Assembly (NCBI GenBank): GCA_040904505.1
Contig: JBBDTH010000024.1
Span: 1 to 53,382 of the forward strand
Origin: Rhodospirillales bacterium
Lineage (GTDB): Bacteria > Pseudomonadota > Alphaproteobacteria > Rhodospirillales > CALINB01
Length of the DNA: 53,382 nt
Direction of reading: 5' to 3'
In this document: positions 8,535-18,436 of the stretch, one piece after another
How positions within the stretch are numbered: position 1 is the first letter of the stretch
How the letters are laid out: each line of letters starts with the position of its first letter
Position numbers and translations under genes: made by a program
Notes under the pieces: generated by a model
Seen by the model: only the letters and a program-made list of their open reading frames with translations
The model's database searches: none
What the model was told of the DNA's origin: nothing

Positions 8535-9662
8535 CTACTTGCCCGGGGCGGTTTCCGATTCGGCCAAGGCGGCAATCTTCTTCATCACCGTCGGCAGCGC
8601 GTAATCGCCGAGCCGCCCGGCCGGGCACCAAACGCCGTCGACGGAATTCCTGCGCTCGATTTCGGCGGTCAGGACGGTGAGCTCCAGATGAAAATGCGTA
8701 AAGGTATGGCGCACGCTGCCCGGCACGCGCGTCCAGGCCGCCTTGACCGGTGCGCGGGACTTCGCCTCGGCCAACGGCCAATCGCGCTCGCGCCATTCGC
8801 TCGTCGGCACTTCCATCATGCCGCCGAGCAACCCGCTTTCCGCCCGCCGGCGCAACAACACCGTGCCGTCCGCCAAGGTGATCCAATAGGCGACCCCGCG
8901 CCGCGTCGGTTTCGCCCGCTTCGCTTTTTTCACCGGAAACAGTCGTGGATCGCCGTCCGCCAAGGCCCGGCAGGCCGACCTCACGGGGCACGCCCCGCAC
9001 GCCGGGGTGCGCGGCGTACACACCATGGCGCCGAGATCCATCAAGGCCTGCGCGAAATCGCCGGCGCGCCGGGCCGGCACCAGCGGCGCCAGCCGGTCTT
9101 GCACCCGCGCTTTTCCCTCGGGCATCGCATTGGGGATCGCGAACAGGCGGGCGATCACGCGCATGATATTGCCGTCGACCGGCGCCGCCTTGCGCCCGAA
9201 GGCCAGCGCGGCGACGGCGGCCGCCGTGTAATCGCCGATTCCGGGCAAGGCGCGCAACGCGTCCTCGGTGTCGGGAAACACGCCGCCATGTTCCGAGACC
9301 ACGGTTTGCGCGCATCGGTGCAGATTGCGCGCGCGGGCGTAATAGCCGAGCCCCTGCCAGGCATGCAGCACGTCGTCCAACGGTGCCTCGGCCAACCGCT
9401 CGACCGTCGGCCAACGTTCCAGGAACGCTTGAAAATACGAGCGCACCGTGGCGACGGTGGTCTGCTGCAGCATGATCTCGCTGAGCCAGATCCGGTAAGG
9501 ATCGGGGGTTTCCCCCGGCTCGGCGCGCCACGGCAGTTTCCGGCGACGGCGATCGTACCAGCCCAAGAGCCGCCGGCGCAGCGCCGCCGGCGTGACGGCA
9601 GTACCGTTGATCGTGGGGCTTTCGGTGGGGTGCTGGGTGGATTGCGTTTTCGGCGCGCTCAT
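8535..9662 (-). CDS. mutY: A/G-specific adenine glycosylase
   Basis: WLSEIMLQQT, WQGLGYYARARNLH, LPGIGDYTA, VDGN, CTPRTPACGACPVRSAC Fe-S motif, HTFTHF. Confidence 0.97.
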   Translation of the reverse strand: MSAPKTQSTQHPTESPTINGTAVTPAALRRRLLGWYDRRRRKLPWRAEPGETPDPYRIWLSEIMLQQTTVATVRSYFQAFLERWPTVERLAEAPLDDVLHAWQGLGYYARARNLHRCAQTVVSEHGGVFPDTEDALRALPGIGDYTAAAVAALAFGRKAAPVDGNIMRVIARLFAIPNAMPEGKARVQDRLAPLVPARRAGDFAQALMDLGAMVCTPRTPACGACPVRSACRALADGDPRLFPVKKAKRAKPTRRGVAYWITLADGTVLLRRRAESGLLGGMMEVPTSEWRERDWPLAEAKSRAPVKAAWTRVPGSVRHTFTHFHLELTVLTAEIERRNSVDGVWCPAGRLGDYALPTVMKKIAALAESETAPGK

Positions 9663-9681
9663 GGCGAATAAGATAGTTTAG

Positions 9682-9710
9682 TTGTCGACGGACACGCCCG
9701 ACCTTACCAT
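9682..9710 (+). promoter_or_regulatory. Putative sigma70 promoter for dciA
   Basis: TTGTCG-N17-TACCAT. Confidence 0.45.
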
Positions 9711-9734
9711 ATGGCTTCGAGGAGCCAAGCCGAC

Positions 9735-10265
9735 ATGACTACGGATCGTCCGTCTTATCCCAAGCAAGACCGCCGGGGCGGCGGGTTCAAGGCGCTTGCC
9801 GCCACCGTCGAGCGGTTCACCAAGCCGATCTTCGGAAAGCGCGGACTCGCCGACGGCGCCATTGCCGCGCAATGGCCCCAGATCATCGGCGATACCCTTG
9901 CCACGGTCACGATGCCGGAAAAGGTCAGCTACCCGCGCGGCGACCGGCGCGGCGGCACGTTATATCTACGTGTCGCCAACGGCAGCTTCGCGACCGAGCT
10001 GATTCACCTGGAGCCGCAGTTGATCGAGCGCATCAACCGCTATTTCGGCTATCAGGCCATCAGCCGGGTCAGGCTCAACCAGGGCCCGGTAACGGCGCCG
10101 AAATCGCCGCCGCGCTCCGGCGCGACCCCGGACCTTTCAGGGGCCGAGCCCGATATCAGGCTGGACGCCATCGACGATCCGGACCTGCACGCCGCGCTGC
10201 AAGCGCTCGGCCGAGCCGTCTCGTCGCGCCGGACCAAAGGCCACAAAACCGACATAAAGCCGTGA
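9735..10265 (+). CDS. dciA: DUF721 / DciA family protein
   Basis: W..IIG..LA, GTLYLRV, ELIHLEPQLIERINRYFGY..I..VRL.Q; position between mutY and dsbA. Start 9735 chosen from the GGAG RBS. Confidence 0.8.
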   Translation: MTTDRPSYPKQDRRGGGFKALAATVERFTKPIFGKRGLADGAIAAQWPQIIGDTLATVTMPEKVSYPRGDRRGGTLYLRVANGSFATELIHLEPQLIERINRYFGYQAISRVRLNQGPVTAPKSPPRSGATPDLSGAEPDIRLDAIDDPDLHAALQALGRAVSSRRTKGHKTDIKP

Positions 10266-10350
10266 TGGGATCGGAACCGGCCTGAAAAACACCGGCACCG
10301 GCCGAAAAAAACGTTGAATACCAAGGACGTATCATAAGCGAATTGGGCGC

Positions 10351-10379
10351 TTGCCCGGTGTTTAGGGCATCAGTATAGT
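10351..10379 (+). promoter_or_regulatory. Putative sigma70 promoter for dsbA-smc
   Basis: TTGCCC-N17-TATAGT. Confidence 0.5.
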
Positions 10380-10391
10380 CACCAACATATT

Positions 10392-11024
10392 GTGTTTTTG
10401 GAGGTAATTTTGCCCCGTTTTCTACCAAGTCTTGCGGTTTTTAGTGCCCTGATGTTCGGCCTCGCCGGCCCGGCGGCGGCCCTGCCCGGCGTCGAGGAGG
10501 CCATGAAGGACCGGGTTTTGGGCCGACCCGATGCGCCGGTCACGATTATCGAGTATTCCTCGCTGACCTGCCCGCATTGCATGGCCTTCCATCGCGACGT
10601 CCTGCCCGAGCTCAAGAAGGCCTATATCGATACCGGCAAGGCCAAGTTGATCTACCGGGATTTTCCGCTCGGCGGCCTGGCCATGGCGGCGGCGATGATG
10701 GCGCGCTGCGCCAAGCCCGAGCAGTATTTCGGGCTGATCGAAATTTTGTTCCGCGGCCAAGCGGAGTGGACACGCGGCGAGCAACCGTTGATCGCCCTCT
10801 CCCGGATCGGCCGCCTCGCCGGGTTGCCCGATTCGGAGGTTCAGGCCTGTTTTCAATATCGCGATCTGTGGCAAGCGATCAAAAACAGCGCCAAAAGCGC
10901 GGAACAAAAATATGACATTAATTCCACGCCCTCGTTTGTGGTAAACGACCAAAAGATTTCCGGCTCTTTGCCGCTCGAGGAATTCAAGAAAGTCATCGAA
11001 GCGGAACTCGCCAAGAAAAAATAG
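10392..11024 (+). CDS. DsbA family thiol-disulfide oxidoreductase (true start may be a few codons downstream)
   Basis: Signal peptide, LGRPDAPVTIIEYSSLTCPHC, YRDFPL, STPSF cis-Pro loop. Confidence 0.92.
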   Translation: MFLEVILPRFLPSLAVFSALMFGLAGPAAALPGVEEAMKDRVLGRPDAPVTIIEYSSLTCPHCMAFHRDVLPELKKAYIDTGKAKLIYRDFPLGGLAMAAAMMARCAKPEQYFGLIEILFRGQAEWTRGEQPLIALSRIGRLAGLPDSEVQACFQYRDLWQAIKNSAKSAEQKYDINSTPSFVVNDQKISGSLPLEEFKKVIEAELAKKK

Positions 11025-11034
11025 GAATCAGATT

Positions 11035-14000
11035 TTGCTTCGTTTTAACAGGCTCAAGCTTTCCGGATTCAAATCGTTCGTCGAACAGACCGAACTCGTT
11101 ATCGAATCCGGGCTGACCGGGATCGTCGGGCCGAACGGCTGCGGCAAATCGAACCTGGTGGAAGCTCTGCGCTGGGCCATGGGCGAGACCTCGGCCAAGC
11201 AAATGCGCGGCTCGGGCATGGACGACATGATCTTCAGCGGCACCAACGACCGGCCCGCGCGCAACGTCGCCGAAGTGACCCTGAGCCTGGACAATTCCGA
11301 ACGCACCGCGCCGGCCCTGTTCAACGACAGCACCGAATTGAACGTCAGCCGGCGGATCGAACGGGAAACCGGCTCGACCTACCGCCTCAACGGCAAGGAA
11401 GTCCGCGCCCGCGACGTCCAATTGTTGTTCGCCGATTCCGCGACCGGCGCGCGTTCGACGGCCTTGGTCAGCCAGGGCCGCATCGGCGCGATCATCGCCG
11501 CGAAACCGGTCGACCGGCGCAAGCTGCTCGAGGAAGCGGCCGGCATCACCGGCCTGCATTCGCGCCGCCACGAGGCGGAACTGCGCCTGCGGGCGGCCGA
11601 AACCAACCTCGAGCGCCTCGAGGACATCCTCGGCACCCTCGACGTGCAGATGCAAAGTCTGAAAAAACAGGCCCGCCAAGCCAACCGCTACCGCAACATC
11701 AGCAGCCACATCCGCAAGGCCGAAGCCATGCTGCTGCATCTGCGCATCAGCGCGGCGCGCGAGGACCTTGCCAAGAACGAGGAAAAGCTGCGCGCCGCCG
11801 AAACCGAGGTCGCGGCCCTGACGGCCAAGGCCGGCGCGGCGTCGAGCCGCCAAACCGACCGTGCCACCAAATTGCCGGAACACCGCCAAGCCGAGGCCGA
11901 GGCGGCCGCCGAGCTGCAGCGCCTGGAACTGGCCCGCGAACACCTCGAAGCGGAGCAACAGCGCATCGAAGCCGCCCGCGCCAACTGCGAAGCCCGCCTG
12001 GCCCAGACCGCCGCCGACATGGAACGCGAGCGCGCCCTGATCGCCGACGCCGAGGCCGCCTTGCGGATGCTGTCCGAGGAACGAACCCGGATCGAAACCG
12101 TTCAACACGCCGAGGCCGCCTCCCGCGACGAAGCCGCCGCCTTGTTGCAAGAGGCAACCCGGACGGTAAGCGCGCTCGAAGCCGAACTCAGCGAACTCAC
12201 CTCCCGGCTCGCCGCCCGCGAAGCCCGCCGGAACAGCCTGCAGCAGTCGATCGAGGCCTTGAGCGACCGGCGCCACCGGCTCGGAACCCGCGCCGCCGAA
12301 ATCGCCGAAGCCCACGCCGCGGCGGAACGCGAAGCCACCGATACCGACGCCTTGAAAGCGGCCGAGGAGCGCGCCACGACGGCGCGCGAGGATCTCGATC
12401 TGGCGCGCGCGCGCCTGGAAAACGCAAGCCGGGAAATCCAGACCGCGCGCGAGGCGGTCAACGCCTCGACCGGCGCGGTCCACGAGGCGCAACAGCGCCT
12501 GACCCGCTTGGAAGCCGAGGAAAAAGCGCTCGCCGACATGATCGAGATGGGGCCGGGCGATTTGTTCCCGCCGCTGATCGACGCGGTCACGGTGGAGCCC
12601 GGCCTGGAAGCCGCCCTCGGCGCGGCGCTCGGCGACGATCTGTCCGCGCCCGCCGACGAACCCGCGCCGGTGCATTGGCGCACGCTCCTGCCGATGGCGG
12701 ACGCCCCGGCGCTGCCCGCCGGCGCCGAACCGCTGAGTGATTACGTCCGCGCCCCGGCGGCCTTGCACCGCCGGCTGTCGCAGATCGGCCTGGTGGCGGA
12801 TTCGGAAACCGGCGCGCGCTTGGCGGCCGATCTTAAAGTGGGTCAACGCCTGGTCAGCCGGGACGGCGCGCTCTGGCGCTGGGACGGCTATACGGTTTCC
12901 GCCGGCGCCGCCACTGCGGCCGCGACGCGCCTGGAGAAACGCAACCGCCTGAAGGAACTGCGCGAGGAATTCATCGGCATTCGCCGCCACGCCGCCAACG
13001 CCGAGGCCCGGCTGCGCGAGGTGAAAAGCCTGGCCGAGACAGCCCAGGCGGACGAACGCACGGCGCGCGAGACCGCAAACCGCGCGGAAGAAACCTGGAA
13101 CGCCGCACGCGACGCGTTCGCGAGCTTACGCGAAAAAACCGCCGAGCTTTCCTCCAAGCTGGCGTCCCTGCAGGAGTCCAAGCTCGCCGTCGAAAGCGAT
13201 CTCGCCGAAACGACCCTGCACCTGCGCACGGCGGAAGAGGAATTCTCGACCCTGACCGACATCGACGCCTTGCGCGAGCAGGCGAGCGCCTGCCAGGCGA
13301 CGCTCAACGAGCACCGCACGGTCCAGCTCAATCGGCAAAGCGCCTTCGACAACCTGAGCCGGGCCGCCGAGGAACGGCGCGAGCGGCTCGAGGCGATCGT
13401 GCGCGAAGTCGAGTCCTGGACCGGCCGGCGCGATGCCGCCACCCGTAAGCTCGAGGAATTGACCGCGCGCCAACAAGAGCAGACGGAAGAACACGAAAGA
13501 CTCGAAAAAGCGCCGGAAGAATTAAAGACCAAACACGCCACCCTGATGGGCCAGATCGAGACCGCGGAACTGACCCGCAAGGTCGCCGCCGACGAACTCG
13601 CCGTCGCCGAAAGCCACCTGCGCGAAGCCGACCGGGAATTGCGCGAAGCCGAAATCGCCGTGGCGCAAGCCCGCGAGGCCCGGGTGCGCATCGAAGGACT
13701 CGTCGAACAGGCCAAACAGGCGGTCGACAACCTGATCGAGCGGATTCGCGAACGCATCGAAGCCGCGCCTGAGGATCTGCTCGAAATCGCCGAGCACAAC
13801 CCGGAAAAGGAACTTCCCGACATGGATTCGGTCGAGCGCCGCCACGAACGGCTGCTGCGCGAACGCGACACCATGGGCCCGGTCAACCTGCGGGCCGAAC
13901 AGGAAGCCCAGGAACTCGAAGAACAGATCGAAACGCTCAACACCGAACGCATCGACCTCGTGGAGGCCATCGACAAACTGCGCCAGGGCATCAACCAGCT

Positions 14001-14508
14001 CAACCGCGAAGGCCGCGAACGCCTGCTGGCGTCCTTCAAGGAAGTGGACGGCCACTTCCAGGACCTGTTCGTGCGTTTGTTCGGCGGCGGCCGGGCGCAT
14101 CTGCAGCTGACCGAAGCGGACGATCCGCTCGAAGCCGGCCTCGAAATTCTGGCGAGCCCGCCGGGCAAGAAGATGCAAGTGCTGTCGCTGCTGTCGGGCG
14201 GCGAGCAGGCCCTGACCGCGCTCTCGCTGCTGTTCGCCGTGTTCATGACCAATCCGGCGCCGATCTGCGTGCTGGACGAGGTCGACGCGCCGCTCGACGA
14301 CGCCAACGTCGACCGGTTCTGCAATCTGCTCGACGAAATGTCCGAATCGGGCCACACGCGCTTCATGATCATTACCCACCACCGCATGACCATGGCCCGC
14401 ATGCACCGCCTGTTCGGCGTCACCATGGCCGAGCAGGGCGTCTCGCAACTGGTATCGGTCGACCTCCAGCAGGCCGAGGGCCTGCGCGAGCAGATCAGCG
14501 CCGCCTGA
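11035..14508 (+). CDS. smc: Chromosome segregation protein SMC
   Basis: GFKSF, Walker A GPNGCGKSN, long coiled coils with hinge, GPVNLRA, LLSGGE, VLDEVDAPLD. Confidence 0.97.
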   Translation: MLRFNRLKLSGFKSFVEQTELVIESGLTGIVGPNGCGKSNLVEALRWAMGETSAKQMRGSGMDDMIFSGTNDRPARNVAEVTLSLDNSERTAPALFNDSTELNVSRRIERETGSTYRLNGKEVRARDVQLLFADSATGARSTALVSQGRIGAIIAAKPVDRRKLLEEAAGITGLHSRRHEAELRLRAAETNLERLEDILGTLDVQMQSLKKQARQANRYRNISSHIRKAEAMLLHLRISAAREDLAKNEEKLRAAETEVAALTAKAGAASSRQTDRATKLPEHRQAEAEAAAELQRLELAREHLEAEQQRIEAARANCEARLAQTAADMERERALIADAEAALRMLSEERTRIETVQHAEAASRDEAAALLQEATRTVSALEAELSELTSRLAAREARRNSLQQSIEALSDRRHRLGTRAAEIAEAHAAAEREATDTDALKAAEERATTAREDLDLARARLENASREIQTAREAVNASTGAVHEAQQRLTRLEAEEKALADMIEMGPGDLFPPLIDAVTVEPGLEAALGAALGDDLSAPADEPAPVHWRTLLPMADAPALPAGAEPLSDYVRAPAALHRRLSQIGLVADSETGARLAADLKVGQRLVSRDGALWRWDGYTVSAGAATAAATRLEKRNRLKELREEFIGIRRHAANAEARLREVKSLAETAQADERTARETANRAEETWNAARDAFASLREKTAELSSKLASLQESKLAVESDLAETTLHLRTAEEEFSTLTDIDALREQASACQATLNEHRTVQLNRQSAFDNLSRAAEERRERLEAIVREVESWTGRRDAATRKLEELTARQQEQTEEHERLEKAPEELKTKHATLMGQIETAELTRKVAADELAVAESHLREADRELREAEIAVAQAREARVRIEGLVEQAKQAVDNLIERIRERIEAAPEDLLEIAEHNPEKELPDMDSVERRHERLLRERDTMGPVNLRAEQEAQELEEQIETLNTERIDLVEAIDKLRQGINQLNREGRERLLASFKEVDGHFQDLFVRLFGGGRAHLQLTEADDPLEAGLEILASPPGKKMQVLSLLSGGEQALTALSLLFAVFMTNPAPICVLDEVDAPLDDANVDRFCNLLDEMSESGHTRFMIITHHRMTMARMHRLFGVTMAEQGVSQLVSVDLQQAEGLREQISAA

Positions 14509-14647
14509 CCCCTTTTTCTACCCTTTCCCGATCCTTTCCCGGTGGGCGCCGACTCCTTACCGCCGTTTTTGCGCCATCCCGGCCCCACCCGGGAGCCGGC
14601 CATATTTCCCTTTTATTTCCATGCGGTTGCGGCAACCCTGCCCGGCC

Positions 14648-14676
14648 TTGACAGGCTCCGAACCCGCCAGTACTTT
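14648..14676 (+). promoter_or_regulatory. Sigma70 promoter of the F0 atp operon
   Basis: TTGACA-N17-TACTTT. Confidence 0.7.
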
Positions 14677-14761
14677 GCGCCGCGGCCTTGGATCGGACGC
14701 CTTAGTTTAAGGCCGTGACACTTCGGCGGGACGCTGTCAGGATTTCTCTCGGGAGCATTCC

Positions 14762-15214
14762 ATGAGCAAACGCAAAACGCCGAAACCGCTAGACGATCTC
14801 ACGGCCCGGATATTCCGGGCCCGGCAATCGGGACAAACGCCTAATGACAAAGCCGATCAACCCCACGGAGCCTCGAAATCCGCCTTCGGCCAAGCGCTTC
14901 GCATCGGCGTCGAAATGGCGGCCGCGCTCGCGGTCGGGTTTATCATCGGCTGGCTGCTCGATAATTGGCTCGGCACCAACCCGTGGTTCAAGGTCATTTT
15001 TCTGCTTATGGGGGCTGCCGCCGGCATTTTAAACGTGTACCGTCTGGCCAGCGGCTTCGGTTACGCCGCCGGTTACCGACAACCGGAAACGCCGCACGCG
15101 GCCGAGACGCCCAAGATACAAGACGAGACACAAGACCAGACACAAGAGACGAGGAAGACGCCGCCGTCGAAGACGACCGATCCGGCGGCAAACGAGGGGA
15201 AGGGAGAGAACTGA
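14762..15214 (+). CDS. atpI: ATP synthase protein I (AtpZ/AtpI family) with extended low-complexity C-tail
   Basis: Two TM helices with GWLLDNWLGTNPWF...GAAAGILNVYR; first gene of the atp operon. Confidence 0.88.
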   Translation: MSKRKTPKPLDDLTARIFRARQSGQTPNDKADQPHGASKSAFGQALRIGVEMAAALAVGFIIGWLLDNWLGTNPWFKVIFLLMGAAAGILNVYRLASGFGYAAGYRQPETPHAAETPKIQDETQDQTQETRKTPPSKTTDPAANEGKGEN

Positions 15215-15216
15215 AC

Positions 15217-15951
15217 GTGGCCGAAGCACATAGCCCGCTCGCGCAATTCGAAATCAAGCCGCTGATCCCCATCCATCTCGGCGGACTCGACGTTTCCTTC
15301 ACCAATTCGGCAGCCTGGATGTCGCTGACGGTCCTCGCCATCAGCCTCTTCATGATCCTCAGCATGCGCGGCCACGCCTTGGTGCCGAACCGGCTGCAGT
15401 CGATCGCCGAACTGACGTACATGTTTATCGCGAACATGGTGCGCGACAATGTCGGCACCGGCGGGCGGCCCTACTTCCCGTTCATCTTCTCGCTGTTCAT
15501 GTTCGTCCTGTTCGGCAACATGTTCGGCATGATCCCCTATAGCTTCACCTATACCAGCCACATCATCGTTACCTTCTCGCTGGCGATCTTCATCTTCATC
15601 GGCGTGACGCTGATCGGCCTGATCAAGCACAAGATTCGCTTTTTCTCCTTTTTCATGCCGCCGGGCGTGCCGATGCTGATGGCGCCGCTGCTGGTGCCGA
15701 TCGAGATCATCTCCTATCTCTCCCGGCCCATCAGCCTGTCCGTACGTCTGTTCGCCAACATGACCGCCGGCCATACGCTGCTCAAGGTGTTCGCCGGGTT
15801 CGTGATTTCGCTCGGCGTGATGGCGGGCTGGCTGCCGCTGCTGTTCGTGGTGGCGCTCACCGGCCTCGAAATCGTGATCGCATTCCTGCAGGCGTTCGTG
15901 TTCGCCATTCTGACATGCCTGTACCTGTCGGATGCCCTACACCTGCACTAA
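15217..15951 (+). CDS. atpB: F0F1 ATP synthase subunit a
   Basis: GTG start; SPLAQFEI, SFTNS, PIEIISYLSRPISLSVRLFANMTAGH, LQAFVF. Confidence 0.97.
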   Translation: MAEAHSPLAQFEIKPLIPIHLGGLDVSFTNSAAWMSLTVLAISLFMILSMRGHALVPNRLQSIAELTYMFIANMVRDNVGTGGRPYFPFIFSLFMFVLFGNMFGMIPYSFTYTSHIIVTFSLAIFIFIGVTLIGLIKHKIRFFSFFMPPGVPMLMAPLLVPIEIISYLSRPISLSVRLFANMTAGHTLLKVFAGFVISLGVMAGWLPLLFVVALTGLEIVIAFLQAFVFAILTCLYLSDALHLH

Positions 15952-15962
15952 TCGACGTTTTG

Positions 15963-15990
15963 AACTTTTAACTTTGTAACTTTGTAACTT
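15963..15990 (+). repeat. Short tandem (T)AACTTT(G) repeats upstream of atpE, putative translational enhancer
   Basis: AACTT at 15963, 15970, 15978 and 15986 in a U-rich intergenic region. Confidence 0.6.
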
Positions 15991-16012
15991 CTCAGGAAAA
16001 GGAAACGGGAAA

Positions 16013-16237
16013 ATGGAACTTGCAGCAGCTAAATTGGTTGGCGCCGGTCTTGCCGTGATCGGTGTTGCCGGTTCCGGTGCCGGTATCGGTATCGTGTTCG
16101 GCGCATACGTGTTGGCGGTCGGCCGCAACCCGGCCTCGCAGCCCCAGGTGTTTCCGATGACCATGCTGGGCTTCGCCCTGTCGGAAGCCATCGCGCTGTT
16201 CGCCCTCGTGATTTCGCTTCTCATCCTATTCGGCTAA
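16013..16237 (+). CDS. atpE: F0F1 ATP synthase subunit c
   Basis: Gly-rich helix, RNP loop, GFALSEA carrier Glu. Confidence 0.97.
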   Translation: MELAAAKLVGAGLAVIGVAGSGAGIGIVFGAYVLAVGRNPASQPQVFPMTMLGFALSEAIALFALVISLLILFG

Positions 16238-16267
16238 ACCGCACGCTCCCAACCGAGAGGCCTTTCG

Positions 16268-16765
16268 ATGCCGCAACTCGATCCCAACACGTTTTTGCCC
16301 CAGGTCGTCTGGCTGGTAATCACGTTCGGCGTTCTGTTCCTTGTCATGTGGCGGATTGCGCTGCCGCGTATCGCCGATGTGCTGGAAGCGCGCCAAAAAC
16401 GCATCGAGACCAATCTCGAAAAGGCCGAAGACTTCAAAAAGGACGCTCAAGCGGCCCTGGAGGCCTACGAGGCCTCGATGGCCGCTGCCCGCGATCAGGC
16501 CCAGGCCGTGATCGCGGGGGTGCGCGAGGCCATGACCGAGGACGCCGCGAAGCGCCAGGCGGAACTCGCCGAAACCCTGACCGAGCGCATCGACGAGGGA
16601 GAAGCCCGCATCGAGCAGGCCAAGAACGAAGCCATCGGCCAGATCCAGGACATGTCCGCGGCGTTGACCGCGGCGGCCATGGAACGGCTCGTCGGCGAGC
16701 GCCCGAGCGAGGCCGGCCTCGGCGCCGCAGTCGATGCCGTGCTCAAAAGCCGCACGACGGGCTGA
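16268..16765 (+). CDS. F0F1 ATP synthase subunit b'
   Basis: MPQLD..F..Q..WL..TF..L......LPRI..LE.R; coiled coil. Confidence 0.93.
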   Translation: MPQLDPNTFLPQVVWLVITFGVLFLVMWRIALPRIADVLEARQKRIETNLEKAEDFKKDAQAALEAYEASMAAARDQAQAVIAGVREAMTEDAAKRQAELAETLTERIDEGEARIEQAKNEAIGQIQDMSAALTAAAMERLVGERPSEAGLGAAVDAVLKSRTTG

Positions 16766-16776
16766 GGGAAGCGATC

Positions 16777-17259
16777 ATGCTGAACGATCCGACTTTCTGG
16801 GTTCTCGTCGCCTTCGTGATCTTCTTCGGCCTGATCGGCAAGAAGGTCTGGACCGCCGCCGGCAGCGCACTCGATGCGCGTGCCGGGAAGATCAAGGCGG
16901 ACCTGGATGAAGCCGAAAAAATCCGCGAGGAAGCCCAGGACCTGCTGGCGCAATACCAGCGCAAGCAGCGCGACGCCGCCAAGGAGACCGAGCAGATCGT
17001 CGACAAGGCCCGCGCCGAGGCCGAACGCTACGGCAAACAGGCCCAGGAAAATCTGGAAAAAGCCCTCGCCCGGCGCGAACAGCTGGCCACCGACCGGATC
17101 GCGTACGCCGAGAAAGCCGCGATCGACGACATCCGGCGCATGGCCGCCGACATCGCCATCGAGGCGACTCGGCACCTGCTGGCCGAGGAGATCAAGGGCG
17201 CGCGCGCCGACAAACTGATCGACGGCGCGATCAAGGACCTGCCGGGCAAGCTGCATTAG
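16777..17259 (+). CDS. atpF: F0F1 ATP synthase subunit b
   Basis: DPTFWVLVAFVIF TM helix, LDARA.KI...LDEAEKIREEAQ. Start reassigned to ATG 16777. Confidence 0.95.
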   Translation: MLNDPTFWVLVAFVIFFGLIGKKVWTAAGSALDARAGKIKADLDEAEKIREEAQDLLAQYQRKQRDAAKETEQIVDKARAEAERYGKQAQENLEKALARREQLATDRIAYAEKAAIDDIRRMAADIAIEATRHLLAEEIKGARADKLIDGAIKDLPGKLH

Positions 17260-17265
17260 AACAAA

Positions 17266-18285
17266 TCATTCCAATCTCGCGTCGATCGCGATTTGAACCA
17301 CGCCGTAGATCGGCGTGCTTTCGAGGTCTTCATGCGCCCGCGGCACGTCCTCGAACGGATACGTCCGCCCGACGTGATGGCTGAGCCGACCGTTCGCGAG
17401 ATGATCGGTGATCTCGGCGAACGCCAGATCGAGCGCCGCCGTCGGCATGCGAAACACCGTCACCATGCGATAGACCGTATTCATGAACTTGTTCGGATAG
17501 AACTTGAACACCGGCTCGTGCGCGCCCGGCGAGCCATACGTCGAGACCGTGCCGTTGCAGCGGATGAGATCGCGATGCAGATCGATGTTGGCGCCGAAAT
17601 CGACCTCGACGATACGGTCCACGCCGGTGCCGCCGGTGAGCGTCTTGATCTCTTTCGCCAGGTCGTCGGTCTTGTAGTTGAGCACGTGATCGCAACCCAA
17701 GGCCTTCACGTCGCGCGCCTTGCCGTCGGAGCCGACGCTGCCGATCACCCGCGCTCCCGACAGCTTGGCGAACTGCACCGCGTACTTGCCGACCCGGCCC
17801 GAGGCACCGCTCACGTACACCCATTCTCCCGTCACCGGGCCGTCGGGAAAAAGCGAGACGTGCGCGGTGACGGCGGGCACGCCGAGGCACGCGCCTTCCG
17901 CGAGTGAGGTATTGTCGGGAAGCCTGATCGCCTGGCGCGCGGGCAGCACGCACAACTCGGCGCACGAGCCGTACGCGCGCTCTTGGCTGTCGGCCTGGGG
18001 GCCGAACAGCCAGACCCGTTCGCCCAATCTCGATTCCGGCACGCCCGCGCCGACCTTCTCGATCATGCCCGAACCGTCGTTGTGCGGGATGATCTTGTCG
18101 AACCGCCCGATGTCGCGCCCGACAGACGGCCCGATGGAATTGCGCCGCTTGCAATCGGTCGGGTTGATCGCCGAATAGGCAACCCGCACCCGAACCTCTC
18201 CCGGACCCGGCTCGGGGTCGGGCAGATTGCCGAATTGCAGAACATCCCTCGCCGGCCCCGGCGTTTCGAACCACCATGCGCGCAT
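17266..18285 (-). CDS. NADPH:quinone reductase (zeta-crystallin/MDR family)
   Basis: PEPGPGEVRVRV..SAINPTD.K.R, IPHNDGSG, GACLGVPAVTA, SGASGRVG.YAVQFAK. Confidence 0.9.
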   Translation of the reverse strand: MRAWWFETPGPARDVLQFGNLPDPEPGPGEVRVRVAYSAINPTDCKRRNSIGPSVGRDIGRFDKIIPHNDGSGMIEKVGAGVPESRLGERVWLFGPQADSQERAYGSCAELCVLPARQAIRLPDNTSLAEGACLGVPAVTAHVSLFPDGPVTGEWVYVSGASGRVGKYAVQFAKLSGARVIGSVGSDGKARDVKALGCDHVLNYKTDDLAKEIKTLTGGTGVDRIVEVDFGANIDLHRDLIRCNGTVSTYGSPGAHEPVFKFYPNKFMNTVYRMVTVFRMPTAALDLAFAEITDHLANGRLSHHVGRTYPFEDVPRAHEDLESTPIYGVVQIAIDARLE

Positions 18286-18436
18286 CGTTTCGCCTCGTTT
18301 TCGGGCTGTTAACTCTTTTCGACGGCTTCTCGAAGACATGCTAGCATAAACCCCTCGTTTTCGAAGGCGGCTTCAAACGCCTTTCACGGGGTATTTATCG
18401 AGTTCGACGCAACCCCACACGCAAAGGAGCGACGCC

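Noticed and set aside
8068-9671. 487-aa and 528-aa ORFs over apt/mutY
   Set aside because: Shadow frames of conserved genes.
10993-14603. 665-aa and 571-aa antisense ORFs over smc
   Set aside because: Stop-poor reverse frames of a GC-rich coiled-coil gene.
16013-16237. Na+-coupled c subunit
   Set aside because: It lacks the Gln and Glu-Ser/Thr Na+ signature (reads SEAIA), consistent with H+ coupling.
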